The notes under the pieces were generated by a model that did no database searches, was not told the origin of the DNA, and saw nothing but the letters and a program-made list of their open reading frames with translations. A program made the translations under genes and the position numbers. A stretch of DNA of 63,914 nt, counting the filler. It is 4 parts of 4 records of this genome, joined end to end, with 100 filler letters (N's around TTAATTAATTAA, not from the genome) between each part and the next. Parts side by side here need not be neighbours in the genome. Positions count along the whole stretch, not along the records: positions 11,888 to 41,145 come from SRR20825006_2323; 3 more parts are not named here. One strand, written 5' to 3'. The number at the start of each line of letters is the position of its first letter. Position 1 is the first letter of the stretch. Below are positions 18,633 through 28,184 of this stretch, in pieces.

Positions 18633-18980
18633 CTACAGCCCCAGAAACAATCCGGCACCAACAAGCAGTTCCGCTGCGATCCAGCCGCGCCAGAACTCTT
18701 CATCGTTTTCACTCAGGTCGGGCGGGAAAACACCTTCAAGGAAAGCCGTGATCTCAGGGACCACCGTGTCCCAGCTATGGTCTTTATCTTTATAAACAGA
18801 CACATAGTCCTGCCCGACAGCAACCGACGCCACGCCAACAATTTCGAACAATTTCTCAGCAAGCGGTGACCCCGCAGCAGATGACCGGTCGGGAAAATGT
18901 ATGGCAGCACCGGTGTGCACCATTCGGTGCAGAAGGAAATTGCAGCGCTCATCGCTCGCAGTATGCTCAAGCTCGATCAT
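18633..18980 (-). CDS. Stand-alone Nfu N-terminal (scaffold) domain protein
   Basis: SPLAEKLFEIVGVASVAVGQDYVSVYK...W parallels the neighbour's SPLAEAMFRLDGVAGVFLGYDFITITK...W; no CxxC domain. Confidence 0.75.
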   Translation of the reverse strand: MIELEHTASDERCNFLLHRMVHTGAAIHFPDRSSAAGSPLAEKLFEIVGVASVAVGQDYVSVYKDKDHSWDTVVPEITAFLEGVFPPDLSENDEEFWRGWIAAELLVGAGLFLGL

Positions 18981-19037
18981 GAAGTCCGCCCTTGTTTTTC
19001 CGCTCTAAAATATATTTAGGAACACAGCGGGGTGGGT

Positions 19038-19595
19038 TCAAGAAAGCTCCGTCTCCAACCGTTCAAGACAGGCTTCAAGGGGTTTTCGGCTGCCCTGCAC
19101 GCGGCAGAGGATAAGACCACCTTGTATGCGCTCAATCGCCTCGGTGGCCCAGCGTTCACCGTCGCGCCTTGAGAAGCCACTGTCAGTGGCTGCAGCGGCA
19201 AGCCCCTTTGCCCAGGCATCCACCGCCCCTTTGATCTGCGCGCCAAAAAGGCTGCGCCCTTCGCCAAGCAACAGGCTGTTCATCAGGCAAATGGGTACGT
19301 CGCCGCTATAATATAAAGCTGCCCCTTTAAGGGACGCATGAGCACGCTCAGCGCCAGCACCCTTGCCTGTGAGCGGCGAAAGCACGAGCCGCTGCAGCTT
19401 CGCGCCCGAATGCGCCAGCACATGCGCTGCAATATCCGCCTTGCCACCGGGGAAGTGGTGATAAAGGCTTGCTTTTGACAACTCCACCGCCTCCGCCAGC
19501 ATGGAGAGGCTCGCGCCCTCATACCCAAAGCCTTTGAAAACCTCAGTCAACTTGTCGGCCATCACAGGCCGGGTGAATTTAGCAATGCGCGGCAT
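19038..19595 (-). CDS. TetR/AcrR family regulator
   Basis: FKGFGYEGASLSMLAEAVELSKASLYHHFPGGK; GGGAG RBS before the ATG at 19595. Confidence 0.92.
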   Translation of the reverse strand: MPRIAKFTRPVMADKLTEVFKGFGYEGASLSMLAEAVELSKASLYHHFPGGKADIAAHVLAHSGAKLQRLVLSPLTGKGAGAERAHASLKGAALYYSGDVPICLMNSLLLGEGRSLFGAQIKGAVDAWAKGLAAAATDSGFSRRDGERWATEAIERIQGGLILCRVQGSRKPLEACLERLETELS

Positions 19596-19619
19596 GGTGT
19601 TCTCCCAACATACGGTCAT

Positions 19620-19641
19620 ACTAACCAATCGTTCGGTTAGT
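19620..19641. promoter_or_regulatory. Probable TetR auto-operator
   Basis: Inverted repeat ACTAACC-N8-GGTTAGT about 25 nt upstream of the tetR start. Confidence 0.6.
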
Positions 19642-19746
19642 TTAAAGATTTGTTTGTGGATGCGCGCAAATTCTTGTTTTCGCAACTTTGCCCCAATTGA
19701 TGCCCATGCTAAAAGAGGCTGCAGTGAGGAAAAGGACAACAAACAC

Positions 19747-21756
19747 TTGAGTAAAAAGCCCACCAAAAAGGCGAGCCCCAAGCAAGGCAAGAACGCCCAG
19801 CCTGCGAAAAAGACCTCGGGCCGCGCCAATGCCAAAATGAGGGTTGAGAGCCAAACCCCGCCAAAGGGGAAATCCCGCCTGCGCCGCATCCTTTATGCTG
19901 GTGCTGTTGTGGGCGTGTGGGGTTTTATCATTGGGCTTATCACCCTCGCCTATCTGGCGCTTGACCTGCCCAACCTTGATAACCCACCTGCGCCCGGTGC
20001 TGGTGACCAGGCCGTTGTGATCAAGGCCGCGAACGGTGCAACCCTTGTGACCCAAGGGCCCATTTATGGCGACTGGGTGCAATATTCCGAGGCACCGGAA
20101 GTCCTTGTGCGGGCCTTTATGGCTGTGGAGGACAGGCATTTTTTCAACCACTCCGGCATCGATATACGTGGGCTTGGACGCGCTGTGGTCTCGAATTTGG
20201 CCGCAGGCCGGGTGCGCGCGGGCGGCAGCACCATCACCCAGCAACTGGCTAAAAACCTGTTCCTTTCAAACGAACGCACCATGAAGCGGAAAGCGCAGGA
20301 GCTTTTGCTCGCCTTCTGGCTTGAGCAGAAGTTCACCAAAAACCAGATCATGACGCTGTACCTTAACCGGGTGTATTTTGGCGGTGGGGCCTACGGTATC
20401 GACGCGGCGTCCCGCAAGTTTTTCGGCCATAGCGCCACCACGCTTTCGGTAGCGGAAAGTGCCATGCTGGCGGGCCTTGTGAAAGCACCCTCAAGCCTCG
20501 CACCGCACATCAACCCCGAAGGGGCATGGGACAGGGCGCGGGTTGTGCTCAACACCATGGTGGACGCTGGCGCGCTGACGCGCGCGGCAGCGGAGAAGAT
20601 CAAAACCCAACCACCCACCATCCGCGGCTCTGCCTCGGGCCGTGATGTGCGCTATTTCACCGACTGGGTGTTGAGTGAAACGGACAAGGTTGCGCCCATG
20701 TCGCGCGGCAAATCGCTAGTCATATACACAACGCTTGACCCCGGCGTGCAGCGCGCGGCAGCCATGGCGCTGGACCGTGGCCTTGGGGAAGAAGGCGCGC
20801 GGCGCGGCGCAAGCCAGGGTGCCATTGTAGCCATGGACCACGACGGGGCCGTGCGCGGCATGGTAGGCGGTGCAGATTACGGCAAAAGCCAATATAACCG
20901 CGCGGTGCAGGCGCTCAGGCAACCGGGCTCCGCCTTTAAGCTGTTCTCATATCTCGCTGCCCTTGAAGCAGGTATTGACCCAAACGACCGCTACCGCGAC
21001 CAGATGATCAATATTGATGGCTGGTCACCCAAAAACTACACCGGCGTGTTTTCAGGCGACATGGATGTGCGCGAAGCCTTTGCCCGTTCCATCAACACCG
21101 TCGCGGTTCAGGTGGCGGAAGAAGTGGGCCGTGACAGGGTGGCCCTGATGGCAAAACGCCTTGGCATCACAACCCATGTATCCCCACTCGCGAGCCTGCC
21201 GCTCGGCACCGAAGAAGTGAAACTTGTGGACCTGACCGGCGCCTATGCTGCGATCGCCAACGGCGGCTTTGAAGCAGAGCCTTACGGCATTGTCGAGATC
21301 ACCACGCTTGAGGGGCAAGTGATATACCGGCGCAACCCCTTAAGCCCGCGCGCGGTGCTCACTTACCCTGTGGTGGAAGATATGGCGAGCATGCTGACCT
21401 CCGTTGTTGAATGGGGTTCAGGCAAAAACGCACAAATCGACCGGCCAGCCGCGGGCAAATCCGGCACCTCGCAAGACAGCCGCGATGCGGTGTTTGCCGG
21501 TTTCACCAGCGATATGACGGCAGCGGTGTGGGTTGGTAATGATGACGGCACGCCCATGAAAGGTGTCACCGGTGGCGGCTTGCCTGCCCGCATCTGGGGT
21601 GATTTCATGCTGGAAGCCCACGCAGGAGAACCCGTGAGGCCGCTCCTTGCCGATTCTGCGCTTTTCATCAAAGCTGCAAAAGATTACGAGGAAGAACGTG
21701 AAGATGAAGACGGCGATAAAAAGAAGGGGTTCTTTCGCCGTTTGTTTGGCAACTGA
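19747..21756 (+). CDS. Class A penicillin-binding protein (PBP1A family)
   Basis: Glycosyltransferase motifs EDRHF, GGSTITQQLAKNL and RKAQE; transpeptidase motifs SAFK, SIN and KSGT. Start uncertain; TTG at 19747 follows AAGGA. Confidence 0.95.
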   Translation: MSKKPTKKASPKQGKNAQPAKKTSGRANAKMRVESQTPPKGKSRLRRILYAGAVVGVWGFIIGLITLAYLALDLPNLDNPPAPGAGDQAVVIKAANGATLVTQGPIYGDWVQYSEAPEVLVRAFMAVEDRHFFNHSGIDIRGLGRAVVSNLAAGRVRAGGSTITQQLAKNLFLSNERTMKRKAQELLLAFWLEQKFTKNQIMTLYLNRVYFGGGAYGIDAASRKFFGHSATTLSVAESAMLAGLVKAPSSLAPHINPEGAWDRARVVLNTMVDAGALTRAAAEKIKTQPPTIRGSASGRDVRYFTDWVLSETDKVAPMSRGKSLVIYTTLDPGVQRAAAMALDRGLGEEGARRGASQGAIVAMDHDGAVRGMVGGADYGKSQYNRAVQALRQPGSAFKLFSYLAALEAGIDPNDRYRDQMINIDGWSPKNYTGVFSGDMDVREAFARSINTVAVQVAEEVGRDRVALMAKRLGITTHVSPLASLPLGTEEVKLVDLTGAYAAIANGGFEAEPYGIVEITTLEGQVIYRRNPLSPRAVLTYPVVEDMASMLTSVVEWGSGKNAQIDRPAAGKSGTSQDSRDAVFAGFTSDMTAAVWVGNDDGTPMKGVTGGGLPARIWGDFMLEAHAGEPVRPLLADSALFIKAAKDYEEEREDEDGDKKKGFFRRLFGN

Positions 21757-21766
21757 GGATAAGCTG

Positions 21767-22162
21767 ATGCAGAGAGCAAAAACCCGCAACCCCAAGGTTG
21801 ATGCATTCCTTGACGGGCTGGCTCACGCTGAGCGTGACACGATTGATCTGTTGCGCGATATGGTGCTGGGCATTAGCGATGAAATTTCTGAGCAGATCAA
21901 ATGGAATGGCCCGAGCTTTTGCATTGATGGTGACGACCGGCTGACCATGCGACTGGCCCCCAAGGGTGGGCTGCAGATGATCTTCCATTGCGGCGCGAAG
22001 GGCGCAGCCGACAAGGTTGTCGATTTTAAAGACACCACCGGCCGGATGACATGGCCTGCCGCCAACCGTGGTGTGCTCAGCATCGACACAAAAGACGATA
22101 TTCTGGCGGAAGCGGATGGGCTCAAAAACCTGTTTGGCAGCTGGATTTTCGCTGCGCGTTAA
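21767..22162 (+). CDS. DUF1801 domain protein
   Basis: VDAFLD...LRDMVL...SEQIKWNGPSF; GAGGA RBS. Confidence 0.8.
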   Translation: MQRAKTRNPKVDAFLDGLAHAERDTIDLLRDMVLGISDEISEQIKWNGPSFCIDGDDRLTMRLAPKGGLQMIFHCGAKGAADKVVDFKDTTGRMTWPAANRGVLSIDTKDDILAEADGLKNLFGSWIFAAR

Positions 22163-22173
22163 CGCACCACACT

Positions 22174-22250
22174 TTACGCCACACCTACGCCACAAAAACC
22201 GTCACACTTTCACCCAAAAAACGGGGTTATGCCACACATCTGTGGCGTAA
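22174..22250. repeat. Cluster of four YTAYGCCACA motifs
   Basis: TTACGCCACA (22174), CTACGCCACA (22185), TTATGCCACA (22227) and inverted TGTGGCGTAA (22241). Confidence 0.7.
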
Positions 22251-22366
22251 TTTGGGGGCCTGCACGGCTCGTCAGATGCGGCATATCGTCCTCATCGACA
22301 CACAAGCCTTGTGTATTTTGCGCCACCTATTATCTATAGACTTGCTTTTAGATAATAGGAAAAGCC

Positions 22367-22771
22367 ATGACCGCTATTAGTGGAAACCTGGACCGCAGCC
22401 TGATCAAATCCTTCGTGGAGGCCTTTTATCAGGGCATCCGCGCGCACGCTGTTCTGGGCCCGATTTTTGAAGACAAACTGGCGGATCACTGGGACGCGCA
22501 TATCGAAACCCTGACCGATTTCTGGATGACGGTTTTGGCGGGTGAGCGAGCCTATAAGGGCAACCCGTTTGCGGTTCACAAACGCCTTGAAGGCCTTGAG
22601 GCGAGCCACTTTCCGCTCTGGCTTGAGGTTTTTGACGAGACCGCGACGCGGGAGTTGTCACCCGAGCTGGCCGCCTATGCTACCGAGAAAGCGCACCGGA
22701 TTGCGGACAGCCTGAAACAGGGGCTTTTCTTCCGGCCAGAGTTTGCACTTAGGCCCGCAGGCGCGTCCTGA
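22367..22771 (+). CDS. Group III truncated haemoglobin (trHbP/Ctb-like)
   Basis: VEAFY..IR...LGPIF, WDAHIETLTDFW, YKGNPFAVH, HFPLWLEVF, KAHRIADSL. Confidence 0.9.
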   Translation: MTAISGNLDRSLIKSFVEAFYQGIRAHAVLGPIFEDKLADHWDAHIETLTDFWMTVLAGERAYKGNPFAVHKRLEGLEASHFPLWLEVFDETATRELSPELAAYATEKAHRIADSLKQGLFFRPEFALRPAGAS

Positions 22772-22773
22772 AA

Positions 22774-23478
22774 TCATTCAAACCGCACGGCCATAAGCGC
22801 TTGGCCTTCCGCGCCCTTAAGCCGCTTGCGCTGGATCTTATAATCGGGCCGGAGCTGGCCAACATGGGCCCAGAAACGGGGGCTGTGGTTCATCTCAAGA
22901 AGGTGCGCAACCTCGTGCGCGACAACATAATCCAGCACTTCGTCCGCCGCCATGATCAGCCGCCAGTTGAATTTCAGCGTGCGTGCGCTCGAGCAACTGC
23001 CCCACCGGCTCCGCATATCCCCAATCGCCAGACGATCAAACGTTATGCCAAGCGCTTCGGCGTGATGATCCGCACAGCGCCTTAGCTGCGCTCTGGCTTC
23101 CGATTTCAGCCATGACATCAAGCGCTTGGGCGCCATATCCCGTGGGCCGCCAACCGTGATAACACCGTCGCCCTGCGTAACCTTACGCGGGCTCATATCG
23201 GTGAACTCAAGCCTGTGCGGCACCCCGCGAAAGCTGAAAAATGTGCCGTCCATCACAAGAGGTGCCGTGGGCAGTGCTGCCCGGGCGTCCTCAAGCCATG
23301 AGGTGTGTTTTTCCATAAACTTGCGTGCTGCACGCAGGCTGGCACGCTTCGGCAGCGTTAATTTCACTTCTTTTGAAATATCGCAAATGCGCAGGATCAT
23401 GCGCTTTGCTCGCCCGCTTCGACGCACGCGAACCGGCACCTCCTCGCCTGAAAGCGTGATATGAAGCGGCTCGTTCAC
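22774..23478 (-). CDS. YgjP/DUF45 (SprT-like, M48-type) zinc metallohydrolase
   Basis: SRWGSCS, FNWRLI, DYVVAHEVAHLLEMNHSPRFW. Confidence 0.9.
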   Translation of the reverse strand: MNEPLHITLSGEEVPVRVRRSGRAKRMILRICDISKEVKLTLPKRASLRAARKFMEKHTSWLEDARAALPTAPLVMDGTFFSFRGVPHRLEFTDMSPRKVTQGDGVITVGGPRDMAPKRLMSWLKSEARAQLRRCADHHAEALGITFDRLAIGDMRSRWGSCSSARTLKFNWRLIMAADEVLDYVVAHEVAHLLEMNHSPRFWAHVGQLRPDYKIQRKRLKGAEGQALMAVRFE

Positions 23479-24098
23479 CCTTCGCGGCCGCCGGTCTCTG
23501 CCTGTGTTTTGGCGTCTGCCTGTGCTTTGGCTTTCGATTGTGCATGATTGGTTTTCTGCTCACCCCACCAGCGCCAGAGCTGCGGGTGGCCCACATCCTT
23601 GGCCAGATGAATGTTTGCCATCTTGCTGCCAAGGAAATAGCCCGCATAAGCCGCGAGGAAGTTGATCCAGATGTAGGAATTGCCGCCAATCTCCCAATAT
23701 TGGAACCAGAGAATCGCGGACACGAAGTTCATGATGCTGTTGATTATGAAATTGACGATGAGGTCGATACCGATATTGATCGTCCAGTTTGCCGGGTTCA
23801 GCATCTTGCCAAGGAAACTGATAATCTCCAGAAGCTCAATCACAAAATAGGTGTAGAAAGCTGCGGTGCCGTAAAAGCCACCGCCAAATGTCATCCATTT
23901 TTTGAGCGCAAAGTTGGTTTCTTTTTCCTTGCGCTCCTTTCGGCCCTTCTTCAGCGCCTTGAGCTTTTCTTCCAGCTCTTTTTTGTTACCAAAAGGTTCG
24001 ATCTTGCCGCTGTGCAGCATCCAGCCAATAAGGAAATACGCGGTGATACCGACCGGTATCATCACCTTGAATACAGATATAAATATCGCAGAAAACAA
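23475..24098 (-). CDS. Hypothetical membrane protein
   Basis: Several TM helices and KWMTFGGGFYG; overlaps the downstream gene by 4 nt. Confidence 0.75.
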   Translation of the reverse strand: MFSAIFISVFKVMIPVGITAYFLIGWMLHSGKIEPFGNKKELEEKLKALKKGRKERKEKETNFALKKWMTFGGGFYGTAAFYTYFVIELLEIISFLGKMLNPANWTINIGIDLIVNFIINSIMNFVSAILWFQYWEIGGNSYIWINFLAAYAGYFLGSKMANIHLAKDVGHPQLWRWWGEQKTNHAQSKAKAQADAKTQAETGGREG

Positions 24099-24137
24099 GA
24101 CTATTCCCCCATGTCACCACCTGCATGGCCCGCGTGC

Positions 24138-24578
24138 TCAGGCAGGCCAGTCCACCAGATGATCTTCATAATCGCCGGCAACACGCTCATCAACAGCGCG
24201 GCCCCTAACCGACTGCCCCGCTTTATGCACGCTGTCCCTTGAGCCAGAGACAAGCGGGTGCCAGTCAAAAAGATCCTTCCCCTCATATAAGAGACGGTAA
24301 GCGCAGGTTGAAGGCATCCACGGCAATTTATCAAGCAGGTCCGGGCTCATCACCACACAGTTCCCCACATAGCGTTGACGCACCATATATTTGCTGCAGG
24401 CTGTGGTTTCCGCATCCAGAAAGCGGCAAGCGATATCGGTATAGTGAATTTCGCCCGTGTCTTCGTCTTCAAGCTTGTGAAGGCAGCATTTACCACACCC
24501 ATCACACAGGCTTTCCCACTCTTCGCGGGTCATCTCATGCAGCTTTTTTTCTTTCCAGAAAGGCATTAATTCGCTCAC
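24138..24578 (-). CDS. YcgN/UPF0260 cysteine-cluster protein
   Basis: EWESLCDGCGKCCLHK, WMPSTCAYR, WHPLVSG. Confidence 0.92.
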   Translation of the reverse strand: MSELMPFWKEKKLHEMTREEWESLCDGCGKCCLHKLEDEDTGEIHYTDIACRFLDAETTACSKYMVRQRYVGNCVVMSPDLLDKLPWMPSTCAYRLLYEGKDLFDWHPLVSGSRDSVHKAGQSVRGRAVDERVAGDYEDHLVDWPA

Positions 24579-25159
24579 TTCAACACCGGCTTCAATGCAT
24601 TTGCCATGTCTTCCGGGTTATCACGCGCAGAGAACAGGCTCTGGTATTCGCCCTTCGGGTCCATCACAAGAATAAAGGACTGGTGGTCCATCAGATACCC
24701 GTCAACGCCTTCTTGCACCCGCTTCTTGAAATATACACGGTATTTTTGCGCAACGTCTTGAATTTCTTCCATGGTGCCCGTGAGTGCAATCAGGCGCGGA
24801 TGGAAGTCCGTAACATAGTCGTCCAGCGCTTCAACGGTATCCCGTTCCGGGTCAACAGTAATGAAAAGCGGCTGCAAGGGTGAGGTATCAAAACCTTCGT
24901 CTTCAAGTAGCTGCAGCGCACGAGTCATCTTCGCAAGCTCAAGCGGGCATACATCCGGGCAAAAGCTGTAACCAAAATAGATGAGCATATATTTGCCGCG
25001 AAAATCCTCGTTGCTCATGCGTTCGCCCGTGTGGGCCGTCAGCGTGAAATCGCCGCCAAGCGCTGCGCCAACATCTTTGCTACTGGTAAATTTCTGCGCG
25101 AGCATAAAAATCGCAACCGCTGCGACGGCAGCCCAGGCCACTATACGTATCACTTTCAT
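24575..25159 (-). CDS. senC: SCO1/SenC/PrrC copper chaperone
   Basis: YFGYSFCPDVCP, ITVDPERD, YLMDH. Confidence 0.92.
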   Translation of the reverse strand: MKVIRIVAWAAVAAVAIFMLAQKFTSSKDVGAALGGDFTLTAHTGERMSNEDFRGKYMLIYFGYSFCPDVCPLELAKMTRALQLLEDEGFDTSPLQPLFITVDPERDTVEALDDYVTDFHPRLIALTGTMEEIQDVAQKYRVYFKKRVQEGVDGYLMDHQSFILVMDPKGEYQSLFSARDNPEDMANALKPVLK

Positions 25160-25312
25160 GCCACATCTCCATAAATTGATCGCTGTTGGGGAGAAACTTC
25201 TCCCTTTACCCTTGTGATCGTGGAGTTGTTATAGAAATATGAAGGCCAGATGTCACCTTACATGCGGCATATCGCCCAACGTGATGACAAATAATTGAAA
25301 ATGGAGTTCTTA

Positions 25313-25882
25313 ATGTTTGCGATCAAACGCGCCCTGATGCTTGTCTGCCTTCTTATGGGGGTCACCGCTGTGACCGCACCGTCGATGGCAATCAACCCGC
25401 AGTATGACCTGCTTAAAGCGGTTGAGGAGGACGACATCAATAAAGCGACTGATCTGCTTTCAAAAGGAACCTCCCCTGACACCCGCCGCCGCAGCGACAG
25501 TATTCCCGCGATTCTGATCGCCGCCGAGAAGGGCAATATGGCGATGATGAAGCTGTTACTTGATTATCGCGCCAATCCTGACCTCGCGGACCGCAACCGC
25601 GGTGAAACAGCCCTGATGAAACGCGCCGTGGCCGGTGACACCGCCATGATCCAGTTGCTTTTGAGCTACAAGGCCGACCCGAACCGGGCTGATATTGCGC
25701 AGGAAACGCCGCTTATTAAGGCAGTGCGCAGCCGCAAATTTAAGGCTGTTGAAGTACTGCTGGATGCAGGTGCCGACCCCAACGTGCAGGACCTTACCGG
25801 CAAAACCGCGCTCGAGTATGCTAAGTTGAACCGGAACCGCCGCATGGTGCGGGCGCTAGAGGATGCGGGGGCGACCTATTAA
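25313..25882 (+). CDS. Exported ankyrin-repeat protein
   Basis: Signal peptide; repeats GETALMKRA, ETPLIKAV, GKTALEYA and GADPN. Confidence 0.88.
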   Translation: MFAIKRALMLVCLLMGVTAVTAPSMAINPQYDLLKAVEEDDINKATDLLSKGTSPDTRRRSDSIPAILIAAEKGNMAMMKLLLDYRANPDLADRNRGETALMKRAVAGDTAMIQLLLSYKADPNRADIAQETPLIKAVRSRKFKAVEVLLDAGADPNVQDLTGKTALEYAKLNRNRRMVRALEDAGATY

Positions 25883-26837
25883 CGAGCTGGTTGGCACATT
25901 CTTAACTGCTGATGCCGATTGGCTGTTATTATTCAGCCTCGGCCTTCTCGTTGAACTGGTGCTGGGTGGCAAGAAAATTCTTGGCCGCCTGCCCAGCACC
26001 GACACCCTGATTAACCTGCCCTTTTCTTTCTTCAAAAAACGGCTCGACCGGGCAAACCGAAGCCCGGGTGCCTTGAAGTTGCGTGGTTTACTGACCCTTG
26101 TCGTGCTGTTTCCCATCGCTGTATACGCGGGCGCTCTTCTCAACACCTTCATGGTGATGGAACCTTTTGGCCCACCCGTTGCCGCCCTCTTCATCGCGCG
26201 GTCCATCAACCTGCGCGGCATGTGGGAAGAAACGGTTGCCACCGCTCAAAAACAAAATGCAGGTATGCATGCGGCCCTTCGTACAGGAAATGCGCAGCTG
26301 GTGCTCAATATCACGCGCGACTGGGGCGCGAACATGGTGTTGTTCACACTCGGTGGTTTTGCACTGATGCTACCGTTTCGTCTGTGCTGCGTAGCCCTTG
26401 ACGGTATTAACCCCACCAGCGCCGCCTGGCCCAAGGCACCTTTCACTCGTCCTTTTATCCTGCTCTATGACCTGATGGCCCTGCCCGGCGCGCTTTTAAT
26501 GAGCCTTTGTTTTTCACTCGCACCCATACTGGTGCCCGGCACAAAATTGGGGGCAGCGCGCGGCCCCATTGCTGAAAGCACTAGGCATGGCGGACTTCGT
26601 GGCATTTTGTCGCGGATAATTCCGCTTTCAATTGTGGCATATGGCCTTGGCTACGCTTTTCGTTTTGATGGAAGCGGGTCGGGGAAAGCCAAACGCTGGC
26701 TCGGCCCCAAGGATGGACGCGCCCGGCTTGAAAGCAGCGACACCCGCCAGACCGCCATGTTTCTTTTAGCGTCTGGCGCGTGGATGGCGCTTGTTATGAT
26801 TATGATGGCGATGTTGATTCTTCTGGCCAAAAACTAG
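25863..26837 (+). CDS. Divergent CobD/CbiB-like membrane protein
   Basis: Multi-TM. LVELVLG...RLDRANRS...RGLL N-terminal pattern and a WLG near the C-terminus resemble CbiB, but the central ENxxD motif is not recognisable. Confidence 0.5.
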   Translation: MRGRPINELVGTFLTADADWLLLFSLGLLVELVLGGKKILGRLPSTDTLINLPFSFFKKRLDRANRSPGALKLRGLLTLVVLFPIAVYAGALLNTFMVMEPFGPPVAALFIARSINLRGMWEETVATAQKQNAGMHAALRTGNAQLVLNITRDWGANMVLFTLGGFALMLPFRLCCVALDGINPTSAAWPKAPFTRPFILLYDLMALPGALLMSLCFSLAPILVPGTKLGAARGPIAESTRHGGLRGILSRIIPLSIVAYGLGYAFRFDGSGSGKAKRWLGPKDGRARLESSDTRQTAMFLLASGAWMALVMIMMAMLILLAKN

Positions 26838-26846
26838 GACATTCGG

Positions 26847-28184
26847 GTGCCACAAAACAAAAAAGACAATGAAGACCTGATCCTGTTTGATCTCGATATG
26901 CCCCATGGCGGCGGCGTGCGGCTTGGCACGCTTGTGATGATTCGCTGGATGGGTATCGCGGGCCAACTTCTCGCGCTGATCGTGGTTGGCGGTGTGCTGC
27001 GGTTTGACCTGCTCCTGCACTTCACGTTGCCTATTGTGCTTGTGTCTGCGCTGATCAACATGTGGTTTTCCTTCCGGGCGGACAAAAACACCCGGCTGAA
27101 TGACCGGCAATCTGCCGCCCATTTGGCATTTGACCTCGTCCACCTCGCGGCGCTTCTATTTGTGACCGGTGGGCTCGCAAACCCTTTTGCGCTGCTGATG
27201 ATATCTCCCACCAGCGTGTCGGCGTCCATTCTCGGGCGGCGCAGCACCAAATATCTGATCATGCTTTCGCTCCTACTGGTAACCGCGCTGGCGTTCACGC
27301 CCTTCCCGCTACCGTGGGACGGCACCCCGCCGCGCATTGACCCGCTTCTACTCGCAGGGCTTTGGATCGCGCTGTGTTTTACGCTTGTGTTCCTCGCGCT
27401 TTATATGGCGCGGGTCGGGCGCGAAGGGCGCCACCGGGCGCGGGCGCTGGCGGCCACACAGGCAGCGCTTGAGCACGAACAGCGGCTTGCGGCGCTTGGC
27501 ACATTGGCGGCCGCTGCCGCGCACGAACTTGGCACCCCGCTTGGCACCATCCTGCTCGCCTCCAAGGAATTGTTGGAAACATGGGAAGGCGATGGTGATA
27601 CCAAAGCTGACCTCGAGCTGATCGTACAGGAAACCAGTCGTTGCCGCGATATCCTCTCGCAATTGCGTGAGCACCGGCAGGCAGGCTCCGCTGAGCATTT
27701 CACCCATATCGAGCTTGAAGCCCTTTTGCGAGAAGCAGCCGCACCGCACGAAGAACGCGGCATCAAAATCAAATTTGTAGCTGACGGCATTGGTGCGCTG
27801 AGAGTGGGACGTTCGCCTGAGTTTATTCATGCCATACGCAATATCGTTGAAAATGCAGTCGGCTACGCAACGTCCCTCGTTCAGGTCAGCGCAGGATGGG
27901 ATGAGGATACAGTTTCCATCACCATCGTCGATGATGGGCCCGGCTTCGACCCGCAGATCATTCGCCGCCTTGGTGAGCCCTATGTCACCACGCGCCACCC
28001 CACACCGGGACGGGACGGCGGGCTGGGCCTTGGGCTTTTCATTGCCAAAACACTGCTTGAACGCACAGGCGCCACAGTAGAATTTGGCATGGGTAGCGCC
28101 GGCGGTGCAGAAATTCTGATAGAATGGCCCAGGCGACGGCTAGAGTTTGCACCGCAAGAACCACGACAGGATAAAAAAGCATGA
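26847..28184 (+). CDS. regB: Redox sensor histidine kinase RegB/PrrB/ActS
   Basis: Quinone-binding GGLANPF, H-box AAAAHELGTPL, redox Cys RCRDIL, DDGPGF, GLGLGLFIAKTLLER. Confidence 0.95.
   Translation: MPQNKKDNEDLILFDLDMPHGGGVRLGTLVMIRWMGIAGQLLALIVVGGVLRFDLLLHFTLPIVLVSALINMWFSFRADKNTRLNDRQSAAHLAFDLVHLAALLFVTGGLANPFALLMISPTSVSASILGRRSTKYLIMLSLLLVTALAFTPFPLPWDGTPPRIDPLLLAGLWIALCFTLVFLALYMARVGREGRHRARALAATQAALEHEQRLAALGTLAAAAAHELGTPLGTILLASKELLETWEGDGDTKADLELIVQETSRCRDILSQLREHRQAGSAEHFTHIELEALLREAAAPHEERGIKIKFVADGIGALRVGRSPEFIHAIRNIVENAVGYATSLVQVSAGWDEDTVSITIVDDGPGFDPQIIRRLGEPYVTTRHPTPGRDGGLGLGLFIAKTLLERTGATVEFGMGSAGGAEILIEWPRRRLEFAPQEPRQDKKA

Noticed and set aside
19501-19889. Long overlapping N-terminal extensions of PBP1A and TetR
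   Set aside because: Downstream starts with an RBS (19747 and 19595) remove the overlap and leave a normal divergent promoter with an operator.
22174-22250. Possible mini-CRISPR array
   Set aside because: Repeats are only 10 bp, spacing is irregular, one copy is inverted, and there are no cas genes.
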